33,000 nucleotides of DNA from Dicyema japonicum (taxonomy: Eukaryota; Animalia; Dicyemida). This document shows, in pieces, positions 21,875-33,000 of the stretch (position 1 is its first letter; every line of letters begins with the position of its first letter). A model generated the notes under the pieces. That model had not been told where the DNA came from and made no database searches. It saw only the letters and a program-made list of their open reading frames with translations. The position numbers and the translations under genes are program-made. The DNA lies in contig RDEW01000049.1 of the NCBI GenBank assembly GCA_011109175.1, positions 83,157-116,156 of the forward strand, written 5' to 3'.

Positions 21875-22290
21875 GTAGAAACGAACAAGTCCTGCGATTG
21901 TAGCTAAGTGCCAATTCCGTTATTTAATTACTCGCAGAATCTCCGACCTCCCCAAACATATAGCCAATCCTTTCCAGATTTTTATGGAACTGGAAGAGCA
22001 TCAGTTCTCTTTTTAAAGTGACTGAAGTAAGTTCTCTTTCAAAAGTCTTCCTGCTTAAATTAACCTCTCTTTATTTGCAGGTTTGAGGTGCAACCTCAAT
22101 GAGTAATTTCCGTGGAAATTAAACCCACACAAATTCCTATCTTTCATAAAGCTGAATATCAAGTTATAAATCCTCTCAGAAGCTTTGCTTATATGTGTCA
22201 AAGTTGTCACTTTCCCTGAAATTTCAAGACTACACAACCATCTGAGAATATGCCTTCAGGCGGGGAGGAGTGATCACTACTCTCTGAGAT
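21875..22290 (-). mobile_element. RLE-type non-LTR retrotransposon post-RT remnant
   Basis: LHLKPANKERL(fs)LSRKTFERELTSV...ELMLFQF...ILRVIK..WHLATI resembles the H.qPa..ERLYlpR..lGRGL.sv block of this family. Confidence 0.65.
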
Positions 22291-22445
22291 CTGTTACAAG
22301 AAGACTAATAATAATTTCCCATTGTCCGCGTAATATTTTAAAATCTTAGTACCGATGAATATTGAAAAAATTTACAATTGTGATTTTTACCGAGTATTTA
22401 TCGGTTTTTGTCAAAAAAAGGAATTACAAAATTATCAATGTCAAA

Positions 22446-22700
22446 TGCGGATCATAGCGCTGTCCAACGAGGACTGATGGTCCCTAGTTCAAATCTCGCT
22501 GCTGTATATTGGGGTTGAAGGTTCCACGTTTCTACGATGCTTTGCCATGACGAATGACGCCGTAATCAGTGAACATATCACTGCGGAACGGGTCGTTTAT
22601 AAAAAAAACATACACACAACAAAATGAAAAAAAAAGTGAGAGCATTTTTTGGTTTTCCCTTTACGATTAGTTATCATAACTGTTCTTTACTTAAATGGCT
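22446..22700 (+). mobile_element. tRNA-like SINE copy
   Basis: B-box GTTCAAATC at 22487-22495 preceded by a gtcc-aacga-ggac hairpin; body gaaggttccacg..tctacgatgc..tgacgccgt.atcagtg is shared with the other two copies. Confidence 0.7.
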
Positions 22701-23089
22701 CTCCTTTAAAGTGCTGTTATGGATGCGGATCATCTATTCTGGTACAGGAAACCTAATTTTAATACGGATAACCTTGTAATTCTCAAAAATAACAAATATC
22801 ATAGCATCATTACCTAATCTTAAACTGACTTTCCCACAAGCTACAGTTGACAATTGTCTTGTATCGAAGTGACCAAACACCATAGCTAAAAAAACATTTT
22901 TTGACCTGAAAAATGTTAATCATAATAAATTTGTTGACAAATCATCAACAAGAAGTCTAACAAGTAAATTAAAACCAATGTCAGAAATGACATTAACGCA
23001 CTGGTAAAGACTCAAGTCGACTCTAAGCAAACAAAACGTGACTTCAAAAACGAAAGAAACAGGAAATGACCTCAACTATTGGCAGAACA

Positions 23090-23210
23090 ACTTTGGTGAT
23101 CGAAGGAGTCTGAATCAATTATGAAAATCTACGCCGATGATATTGATTTCGTCTGCTTATTAGCAATTATCTTTTTTTTGAAAATGAAATTGCCTATGTT
23201 ACCCAACATT
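23090..23210 (+). mobile_element. Short RT remnant (YADDIDF)
   Basis: MKIYADDIDFVC has the same YADDxDF flavour as 1691-1815; flanks are unrecognisable. Confidence 0.45.
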
Positions 23211-23446
23211 GTATGAAATTGCCATTTTTTAGAAAATGAATTGGATACTAAACTGAAGTGCATCGGGGTATGACAAGAAATTAGATCTTAGTCATTTTGG
23301 TAGAGATTCGCTATTCTCTAAACTAATAAAAATCCACTATTCAGTAACGAGGTAAGAGAGTGATCTCTCAATGCGTACCAGTAAAATTGATGAATTATTT
23401 CTTAGAATAATGCTATTCAACAAATAAAAAGGTTTTCTATACAAAA

Positions 23447-23515
23447 GGCTAGGTTTAGGATTAGGTTGAAGTTCATGTTAACGGTTAGAAGTAAGGGTTG
23501 AGGATTGATACAGGG
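23447..23515 (+). repeat. Degenerate TTAGG(G)-like tract
   Basis: ctagg tttagg attagg ttgaag ttcatg ttaacgg ttagaag taaggg ttgagg, with ~6-bp periodicity. Confidence 0.4.
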
Positions 23516-24334
23516 TATATGTTGGAAGTTAAAATATCTTAGACAACTAAAATTTGTTCATCACCCTGAATTTCAGTCTCTTTTGTTAATGCTTTTCCAT
23601 TTTAAAAGAGACGTCAAATCGCAAGTCCAATATTCTTAAAACTATTTTTGTAATCCAAACTGATCGTACAAATCCACTTTGACACCCTTTTCTCTGCGTC
23701 TTGCTTTCAACATTGTATGAGAACTAAACTCCTATGATGCAAAAATTCTTTAACCATGTTGGTCGTACGAGACTGAGTTAACCGTGGCTTTGAAAACAGT
23801 TTTGTGCTTAAACGAATATATCAGAGATTCAAGGATCATATCCATTCCGGGAACCAATAAATCACGAGATTTACTAGTTTAGCGTTTCCGCGGAATTTGG
23901 AATTTTTTCATTTCATTATTCATTTCAAAATTAGATCTGACTGCATTTCATATAGCGCCTAAAATAATCTCTAAATTCTTTGCTATATTATATACTTTTT
24001 ATTTACAAAACTCCAAACGCCTTCCCTTTCGGCTATTTAAAATTTGGCATATTTTGATGTGGGTTTTCACCTCTACAAATCTTCATTCAAGAATAGATCT
24101 TAAATTTAGTTTTTATTTAATATCCAGGGACATATGGATAGAGATTATGAGACACGTCCAGATCCTACGATCAGTTTTAAAAAGGCACGAAACATGACAG
24201 AATCCTAATTTTACTTTAACATAATTATTGTTTGCGTACAGAATTCCAAAATAATTAAAAATTTATATAAATATTATATAAAAACTTTAATTTAATTAAC
24301 AAAAATAATAAAATACCGCCACTATTTTTGAGTT

Positions 24335-26010
24335 TGTGATGGACAATTTAGCTTGCTCATTGTTAGTAATTTTTTTGGACAATTTAGCTTGCTCATCGTT
24401 AGTAAGGTTTTTTGATTATTCGACATTCAATTTTTTATCCGATTTCTATCGTGATTTCTATTATGTTAGATTATTTTTTATTCATAAACGTTATGATTTT
24501 TTACGTTATGACTATAAAGAATTTATAGCGGCAAACCTAAATTTCTAGCGTGATATTTAGCTTGGAAGATCATTTTGTTGTAATGGGTCATAAATGGGTT
24601 TTGTGAAAGACTGCGTGGAATAAATCTGTATAGACTCTATGTTGTAGGTTAGTACGTGGATGTAATTTTAAGAGATGCTTTGGATGTAAATTTCTCGTAA
24701 TTTTCCGAGACACTGTTAATAAGATAGAGAATGTTTCTATTATCAATGAAAGCTATTGTAAATGTGCAATAAATGTAAAGATCTGAAATACACTGATCTC
24801 AAGTTAGTCATATCTCTGGTGAATGAAACCCTAATGGAGTTCGTGGCGAAATCATTAAACGAGTTTTCACACTGAAGATTAAATAAAATTGAGTATGAAT
24901 GTCGACAAAGATACTTCACTGTAGATAGTTAGATCATCAGAAAAGTCATTCGAAATTGTGAAGTTTGAAAATTTTCGCGTCCTTTAAAAGTATGATTTCT
25001 TTTAATTGTAGATTGGAGATATTAATCAACATGTGGTCGCTTTTGTACAATTGAACGTTTTCAGATTGATCTTATAATCTGAGATTGTCAATAATAAATC
25101 AAAATTTCAAATTGATTTTAACGGTCACTATATATATACTAGGTTGGTTATTTTAAACAATTTTTGTAGATTCGCATTCGTCAGACCACTTTCTAATAAG
25201 TCTGGAAAAGAAGTGTGTGAAAACCTTAGATCTATGTTTTGTCTGAATCGGCCATGCAAAAATCTTCAGTCAGACAATGGGTCTGAATTCAGAAATCGAG
25301 AAATAAAAAGCAAATTCACGGAAAGCTTAACAACCCTTGGGCACAAGAGATCGTCTAAAGATTCAATCAAACGATGACGAGAAAGTTGTCCAAAATGCTG
25401 GATAACAGTGAAAAAATTGGCTTGATAAAATAGAAATTGCTGTGTACAGTCATAACATTTCTGGCCATTCATTTTCTAACGAAAGTCCTTCGAAGGATAT
25501 CGAGGAATAAAGGGAATAAATTTAATAATTCATCGTTACACATATATCACNTAATAAATCAAAATTTCAAATTGATTTTAACGGTCACTATATATATACT
25601 AGGTTGGTTATTTTAAACAATTTTTGTAGATTCGCATTCGTCAGACCACTTTCTAATAAGTCTGGAAAAGAAGTGTGTGAAAACCTTAGATCTATGTTTT
25701 GTCTGAATCGGCCATGCAAATATCTTCAGTCAGACAATGGGTCTGAATTCAGAAATCGAGAAATAAAAAGCAAATTCACGGAAAGATTAACAACCCTTGG
25801 GCACAAGAGATCGTCTAAAGATTCAATCAAACGATGACGAGAAAGTTGTCCAAAATGCTGGATAACAGTGAAAAAATTGGCTTGATAAAATAGAAATTGC
25901 TGTGTACAGTCATAACATTTCTGGCCATTCATTTTCTAACGAAAGTCCTTCGAAGGATATCGAGGAATAAAGGGAATAAATTCAATAATTCATGGTTACA
26001 CATATATCAC
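24335..26010 (+). mobile_element. Second Ginger-like (SCAND3/KRBA2-type) integrase element, decayed
   Basis: Zn-finger remnant (IIRKVIRNC), ERFQIDL, FAFVRPLSNKSGKEV, LQSDNGSEFRN, PWAQEIV*RFNQT. Candidate 22-nt intron at 24990-25011. TGT-starting 36-bp-period repeat at 24335-24405 may be a terminus. Confidence 0.78.
25092..26010. repeat. 459-bp tandem duplication joined by a single N (likely allelic assembly redundancy)
   Basis: 25092-25550 vs 25552-26010 differ at 4 positions; N at 25551. Confidence 0.95.
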
Positions 26011-27554
26011 ATTAAGTTTAAACAATTTAAATGATGAATGTGTGATTCCAGAGCAAATGGGAAATTAAGTTAATTGTTCGATTCCAGTATCTATTGAAAA
26101 ATCACGTAATTCAATTTAAAAATAAATAAGTTCGAGTTGAAAAGGACATTGGAACAAATTCTTGGATGCAGAAATAATTAATATTTTTCCGAATAAAAAG
26201 TTGAGGTAGTTTTAAATATTTTAATTTAATAGATAAAAAATTCGAAAAGAGAAAATTCGACTGTAGGAATTGCGAGACAAAAAAATTAGTTATTTAAAAA
26301 TTTCCGAAGACGGAAACAATCTTTCAGTTCTCTGAGGGAAAATTGGTAGTATCAGAGTGTATTTGTGTGGATTCTTTTTCTAACACTGTGATGCTCACTT
26401 CGGCGCAAGAGAAGGACACAAAACAATTATTTTCAATGCTTAAAATAACTTGTTGGCGATTGCTTTGAATAATTCTTATAGTTGGCTGGCAACTCTTCTG
26501 ATCATGTGCACTTTCTGCCTTTATTGTTGTTTTTGGGGATATTGTGTTCAAAAATCACATTTCAAATTTAAACCAGAACAAACGAAAGAAAATCAAACCA
26601 ATTTAGATTGAGCTCTCAGAGGACTTGAAATGACAAGTTACGGATAGAATCTTTTTTAGTTGAACCAGCTTTCTGAAATTTTTATTTTTTTCTGAAATAT
26701 CGGTTAACAAGGAAAGTCTGCTTTCGTTGAATAAGGTTGAAAAAGCATATACTTTTCGCTTTACTTCTCAAGTTAGCAAACGGCAATTTTCATAATTACA
26801 AATGAAGTAAAAGTACAATCAACAATATTAATGAAGTGACATAGCCAAAGAATATATTCATCTATAATCTTTCCAAATTGTTTGTAAAATAATAAATAAA
26901 ATTAATGACAAAAAAGCCTACACTCATGGCTAGTTCGGTTCTTTGAATAATCTTGGAAACCACACTTCTCTCTAGCAGATCGGTTCCGAGCGAATGTTGA
27001 CCATTGGAGGGCACGTAAGAACTCGACACTTCCTTCTTTCAATTACTTGCAGTTGTCCCTATTATGTATACATGTGATCAAAAAATCACATTTTCTGAAT
27101 CCATTCAATCAAAAAATAACATCCTTATATTTATAAAACAATTTTATTGAAAACCTCAGTAGGAGTAGAAGGGTTGATGTTCAAAGGAAATGATTTCAGT
27201 TTCCCTACAGTTTGTTAAAGAATTTGCAATGTTAGGAGAACTCTATAAAATCTACAACACACACGGCGTTGAAAGAAATCTTTAGACGATCTATGGAAGA
27301 TGCCAAACACCCTTCTTTGGTCAAACCAGTCTTTTAATGGGGGAAACATCTTATGGGATGACCATCTTCCCTTTGAAGCGGCGAAATCTTTTGCTGGGAC
27401 CGCCATCTTTCCCTTAATACCATATCAAAGTCCACTTAATTTATTTTAAAACCACAAGACCACCAAGAATAAAGAATTAACTCATTAAAAATTTTACTAC
27501 ATCACAAAAAATGATTTCCATTAATTTAGATTAATTTTCCATCATCAAAAACAA

Positions 27555-27775
27555 TTGGGTCTGACTTTCGATACTAACGTGCTGAACAAATGTGAAAAGA
27601 AATGCCTAACAGGTCTGTGGAAAATTGGACATCACCCTATACATAAAACGCTATACTAACAGTACATTAAACCATGCATTTCATATGCGTGTACTTCATG
27701 GGGACCACTGGCCTTTTATACGAAGACTCAGAAAATCTACGCAACTCAGAAAAAAGCCATCAAACTAACTGAAAG
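27555..27775 (+). mobile_element. APE-type LINE RT thumb remnant
   Basis: GLTFD...KTLY*QYIKPCISYACTSWGP...IYATQKKAIKLT, homologous in motif to the 8640-8730 region. Confidence 0.7.
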
Positions 27776-28808
27776 ATTATATACAGGAGAAATATCAAAT
27801 CACCGACGCTTTAAGTTTGTTCTTCAAATTAGTTCGTCTACCAAAAAATCCTCAACTTCTTGGATCTCCACTGCTCGATGGTCTTTCAAATCAAAGTTTT
27901 TTAAATTCTTGGTAGGAGTGTCTTTTTATACTGGATTTCAAGGATTTGAGTGAACGGAACAACAATAGTTAATTATTCAAAAGAAATTCTCAAAGATCAT
28001 CTCTCTGAGGACTTCCCCGCTGAATTACATTCTGAACTACACATTAGTTACGATTTGGCAGATTCAAGTTAGTGTAAGACGGACCTTCAATGGGGTGCTG
28101 GAGCTCGTGGCGTAGATGTCGTGCGCATTTCATTCTCAAGTTGAACTTGGTGTGATTCAAGCTGTCGCTGTGTTCCTGTATGTTTGTGGAGAAGGATCTA
28201 GTTATGTTTGGTTTTGTTTTGGAGAATTTGATAAGGGTTATTCGAATTGGTGTTCTAGAAAGAAGGTATGGTTGGTTTTTATTAATTTTGTGCTTCGTTT
28301 TACTGTGTTCTTTATAGGAAGGAAGATAAATTTCTTGTCTTCATGGAGTGTTTTGATCAATTTCGGAGTCTATCGAAAAAAGTTGCATAAACCATTCTGG
28401 TCAAAATATTTTATTAGACAACTCTATTTTGGTTTATCTTGCACTATTCGCAGTAAAATGAAGATGTTCCATATGAGTCTATAGTCCCATCATCGTTCTC
28501 AACTGTTTGAACATATTCCTCTTCATTGAGAGTAATCGTGTGTGAGTAAAGCTAGTTGTTTAAGTCCTTATATGATTAATTATGATAATGCATACTCTGT
28601 TCTGCATAAATCTGAGGAAAACCGTCCGTTCTTTAACACCTATCAAAGTCGATTTTTTCTGTAATCGTTTTTTTAAGTGAAATTATTCTTTTAGAGACAA
28701 AAGTATAGCTGTGTGATTCAGTTGTCCAACCAGGATAATAATTAAATCATAATAAATTTGAATTAATTAACACAATTTATATCCCAGAAAAATGAACTAT
28801 TAAGTTAG

Positions 28809-29613
28809 TTAAATGTTAAATTGAACTCCGCAAGTTCCAAGTACATTATACTTGTTTTTATTGGCACTGCAGACTGAAATAACATTATTAATTACGTAAT
28901 TCACTTGTCGGCCTGCCGTCTTTTCTAAATATATTATTTTCTAACATATACAATTTATTATCTTCGAGATATAATACTCCATTAGTTGATACTTTATATC
29001 TATACTAAATATAATATCATACGCCTCTGGATTTCCGAATGAATCAATACAAACGATAACACTATATTATTATCATTAAAAATACTCATTTAAATAAATA
29101 AGGTTAGAAGTAATTTTAAAAATTTGAATAACATTTATTCCTCTAGGAAAGTTACTACATTAATTATAAATTCGTACATATTGTTAAGTAATGATAAATT
29201 TTCCGCAAATTCGATCGATATGAATTTGAGAGAATGACAGTATTCAAAATATCTATAAATTTAAAAATATATGTAACATGATGAAAATAGTAGGCGGGAA
29301 TGTTTGGTTGTCTACAGATTTTAAACTTTGATCATTATTACCACAACTACTATAAATAATTAATAATTAATACAAACCATCTAACTTCATTCTTATTAAT
29401 GAAAAGTTGACATCAGGTTCAAATTTAATATTTTGAACAACTAATCCAATTATTTTAAAATCAGATAGGCCAGTTATCGAAACTGTACAATTATTCCAAT
29501 ATCTTAATAATTTATATTTAATACAGAGCTCTATTTCTTATTGAATCGTTTTTGCATAAATTCTGTGATGTCAAAATATCGAATGACAAGTTTAACACGA
29601 GAAAAGTGAACAT
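28809..29613 (-). CDS. Putative secreted LRR-like glycoprotein, paralogue B (204 aa, 9 exons, 8 mini-introns)
   Basis: Exons 29613-29525, 29502-29374, 29349-29278, 29252-29178, 29154-29086, 29061-29023, 28999-28952, 28924-28896, 28873-28809. Introns are 22,24,25,23,24,23,27,22 nt, all GT..AG; the first seven are phase 2 and the last phase 1. Spliced ORF: MFTFLVLNLSFDILTSQNLCKNDSIRNRALYWNNCTVSITGLSDFKIIGLVVQNIKFEPDVNFSLIRMKLDGFSCGNNDQSLKSVDNQTFPPTIFIIYFEYCHSLKFISIEFAENLSLLNNINFPRGINVIQIFKITSNLIYLNDVIVCIDSFGNPEAYKVSTNGVLYLEDNKLKDGRPTSELLCSANKNKYNVLGTCGVQFNI*. No internal stops. The start may instead be the ATG at 29692. Confidence 0.9.
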
Positions 29614-30000
29614 CTATAAGATTAAATACCAAAATAATGAATATATGATAACCACAAGAAATAAAAAATACTACATGAAATACAGTCGTCATAATTAATA
29701 ATAATTTTATTAAATAAAGTGTTGGATTAAATAAATAAAATTAAAAAATAGTTTAATTAAATTCACACAATTAACATGGTATTCCTATTTGTTTAATAAT
29801 TTTACCATAAAATTTAATAAATTTGTCAATAATATCTAATAACTTTGCCTTAATGTTTAGTAACTTTATCAAAATGTTTAAAAATTGTGTCAAAAAGTTG
29901 AATACCTTTTGAATAATGTTTAATTACAGGTAAATTAGCGCGAAAATCAAATTTTGTGTGAATCCGAAGAGAGGCTACGCACATTGACACTTTAGAAGTT

Positions 30001-30125
30001 GACTCACAATAACCAATCCTTTTGTTGTCTATCTGGAAGCTGCTCTTCGTAATCTGAGAGCTAAAAATTGTCCTACTTTTATCTAGGAATTAAGATATGC
30101 AGATGACCTGGATTTTGGTTTTGAA
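30001..30125 (+). mobile_element. RT YADD remnant inside duplication copy B
   Basis: PFVVYLEAALRNLRAKNCPTFI*ELRYADDLDFGFE; the in-frame stop is shared with copy A, so decay predates the duplication. Confidence 0.75.
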
Positions 30126-31124
30126 GTATGATGATATCTAATTCTTTTTTAGACAAGAGTACTGCAGGGTAAATGAAATTATATTTTTTCAGACAAGAGT
30201 ACTGCAAAGTAATTTAATTGGTCTAATTTTGGAGGATTAGACGTGAAGTTAACACAAAGCTGTATGAAGTAGTTAGCCTGAGTATGATGGAAGAATCTTT
30301 TGCCTTTTTTAGAATCAAATAGATGATATTGTTCTAAGTAACGAATTATCGTCATTCGCTCTACTGATTTGATTTTATGTGAAATATCGAAAAATCGAAT
30401 AAGGTAATCGTTTGATGACATATGAATGTTTCTGTGCGATTTTGGCTACAGATTGATCTATCAGGACTTATAGCTTTTCAACCTCCGATCTTCTTTTTTA
30501 CTTGAAAGTAAAAATAGGTCATATTTCTTCTTGACAGTTAAATTAGGTCAACCGTTGAAGTACTTTTAAATATACATTTGATGACTATTGATGCCATTAG
30601 TATCCTTAATATTATTCGCAACCAAATGTGGATGCCTTTGGTTTATTCTGACATTACCACTTTTCTTATTTCTTGATCTGTGGACGATTAGGAGGACATT
30701 TTTTTAATGATCTAAATGACCGAATTAATCTGAAATCACATTAAGATATGTTTTTGAAAAATAAAGAGTTCATTGAGACCAATATGATACTGGAGGTTTG
30801 CTTCAAAACGAGTAGAAATTAATCAACAAATGCTTGGTTGAATGTTTATCAATGTGGTAAAATTGGCAACGTTCTGACGACGAGGCAGTGAGAATAGCTA
30901 CCTAGCTCCGTTTTGACCATAATTTTGTGTTAATGAAAATGCATCTGTGGACGCTGAATCGATGGTTATCAGTCTTTAAGCTGATTTATGGCTGGTCCCC
31001 GACACTAACTTGACTTTAAAAAATGTTTCTTTCTTTGCGATGGCAACACCCCGAAGGGATAACGATACTCCCATTCGCTAATGGTCGAAACATTGCTGCG
31101 GCGTTCACATGTTAAAAAATACTC

Positions 31125-31540
31125 TCCAACAAATTTGGCTGGAATCCAGTTTATGACACCGAAGATCATAAAACTAGACTTGTTCCACAAAGTTCAGCTG
31201 TAAAAAAACAGGAACTACTTGGCCCACGAGAAATCGAGAAATGCATTATTTAAGAGATGTAGCACTATACCTATCAGTTTAGAATTACTGGAATCCAGAA
31301 GGAAGCTTTTCGGACACGTGCGAGGATGGAATTAACATCCCCACCTAACAAATCTATGGAAACATACTATGTTAGTCAAGAAGGCCGCTATCGTCGAAGA
31401 CCAAATACAACAATGCCAACAGTTTTACAAAAAAAAAACCTCGTTAAAATTAAAAGAAATTTAAAAACTGCCGACGACCTTGACACTATGGTCCACATAG
31501 ATGGTGGCAACTCTGAAATAATGATTATATGTTGTGTTGT
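31125..31540 (+). mobile_element. RTE-like LINE 3' remnant
   Basis: KLDLFHKVQL...KRCSTIPISLELLESRRKLFGHV(fs)RM...RYRRRPNTTMPTVL, related to 17951-18139. Confidence 0.75.
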
Positions 31541-31545
31541 TTAAT

Positions 31546-32760
31546 TAAATCGTGTCCTTTGAGATCGCATGAACGAGTTTCCTCAACTCTCCCCGATCCG
31601 TTGCAATTTGGAGTAGCCTTGATATAAGAATTCCCGTAACCTCCTCCACCGTGGATAGCTACCAAGTCTTTGGTCGGCCAGGTCTTCTCTTCCGAGTGAT
31701 ATTGCTCAGCATATTGGTTCTTTCAAGGGAATCAAAGCGGACAACATGCCCAAAAAACGCCATTCTGTGTTTTACGATTCTTCCTTTAGCGAAATGTCCG
31801 TTTCCACCCGTTTGAGTACATCAATGTTTTTAATTTAAAAGTCCAATGGATTCTTACTAACCTCCTTCAGTACCACAGCTCAAAAGCATCAATTTTTCGT
31901 CTATCCACTTTTTTCAGTATCCATGATTCTCCGCGGAATAGGAAAACCGGTAACACGATTACATTAACCAGTCTGCATTTGGTCCTTAATCAAACATCTT
32001 TGCTTTTCCAAATTCTATTCATTCTCTGGAAGGTGTCTCGTCCCATGGCAATTCGCCTCTTGATTTCCAAACCTCCGTCATTATTCCGATTAATTAGACT
32101 TCCCAGAAAGACAAAATTATCTCAAATCTCTTGTTTCTTATTCCCAATTTTTTAGTTCCATTATTAGCAGTAGTCATAATTTCGGTCTTCTTGATATTTA
32201 GCAATAAACCAAAGACGACGCTCTATTCTCTGAATCTTAGAATCAACTCCCTGAGGCCATCCTCTGTTTCAGCCAGTAAGGTTGCATCGTCAGCATAGCG
32301 CAAATTATTGATGTTGCTTCATCCAATTTTAATCCCTTTTTTGATACAGTATCCAATTTAGTCATGATCATTTCGGCATAAATATTGAATAGGATGGGAG
32401 ATAATAAGCATCCTTGTCTTACTCCTTTACTAATTTTAAACCAATCGGTATCTCCATACACTGTTCTAACAGTAGCTTCTTGATCCTTATAAAGAGATTT
32501 GATAAGCAATATCAGATGGGCATCGAATCCAAATTCTTTTAAAGCGGACCACAGCTTGTCATGTATAACGGAATCAAAAGCTTTCCGATAGTCAATGAAG
32601 CACATGTATACACTCTTTTGGGATTCATGGGCTTTCTCCATAATCCACCGGACATTTGCTATATGGTCACGTGTGCCTCGTCCCTTCCTGAATCTTGCTT
32701 GGACATCCGGTAGAATCATTTCGGCATTTGGCATTAGACGATGTTGTATAATGTCACAGG
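31546..32760 (-). mobile_element. RTE/BovB-like LINE, 5'-truncated, RT to 3' end, frameshifted
   Basis: QARFRKGRGTRDHIAN...CFIDYRKAFDSVIH...KGVRQGCLLSPILFNIYAE(fs)INNLRYADDATLLAE...FVFLGS...DAFELWY*RRL...FFGHVVR...PTKDLVAIHGG; 3' GGACACGA motif. Confidence 0.95.
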
Positions 32761-32827
32761 CGCAACAGTTTATCAAATTAATGATTTAATTTATCAAATT
32801 AATATATATAATTTGACCAAACTAGTG

Positions 32828-32940
32828 CAACAACAACAACAACGATTTATTGACAAAAGAGTTAAGGAGATTTCTGGAGGGTATTACATCTGAGTCCTAC
32901 CATAAGGCTTGGACTCCACACCTGGACCCTTCCTCCTTTT
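32828..32940 (-). mobile_element. Possible retroposon 3' end with (GTT)n tail
   Basis: Minus strand ends AATAAA-tc-(gtt)5; no coding motif visible. Confidence 0.3.
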
Positions 32941-33000
32941 TTTTATTATTAATCTTTTTCGGAACGTTTCTCCCAGCTTTTTAATCTTTATTCTCCCAGC

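Larger units (their letters stand above)
27914..31123 (-). repeat. Inverted segmental duplication, copy B
   Basis: Reverse complement of 669-3894; its right end abuts an RTE-like fragment. Confidence 0.97.

Noticed and set aside
22446-22505. tRNA gene
   Set aside because: A B-box and one hairpin are present but no full cloverleaf, and it continues into a repeated SINE body.
28116-28484. 122-aa ORF and other open frames in the distal part of the duplicated arm
   Set aside because: The frames are not preserved in copy A (3330-3700 has stops and indels) and no domain is recognised.
30140-30215. Apparent 16-nt micro-exons (acaagagtactgca) flanked by AG/GT
   Set aside because: Better explained as a ~41-bp degenerate tandem duplication; no continuous spliced ORF could be built and one donor is mutated in copy A.

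Overview
AT-rich eukaryotic draft-assembly window (N gaps at 10520-11312 and 13934-13989, single Ns at 11822 and 25551). Most of it is decayed transposon sequence: APE- and RLE-type non-LTR retrotransposons, RTE/BovB-like LINEs, a tRNA-like SINE family, and Ginger-like, Merlin, Tigger/pogo and hAT-like DNA transposon remnants. The main result is missed by the ORF track. A ~3.2-kb inverted segmental duplication (669-3894 vs 27914-31123) carries in each copy a gene split by 7-8 GT-AG introns of only 22-27 nt. Manual splicing gives continuous 201-aa and 204-aa proteins that look secreted and leucine-rich-repeat (LRR)-like. By hand count the paralogues differ at 58 amino acids but only 9 purely synonymous codons, and their introns are almost unchanged, which suggests diversifying selection. 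Similar mini-introns interrupt a Ginger-like integrase. The intron sizes suggest a compact-genome invertebrate parasite such as a dicyemid or myxozoan (inference). All alignments and counts were done by eye and no database search was run.
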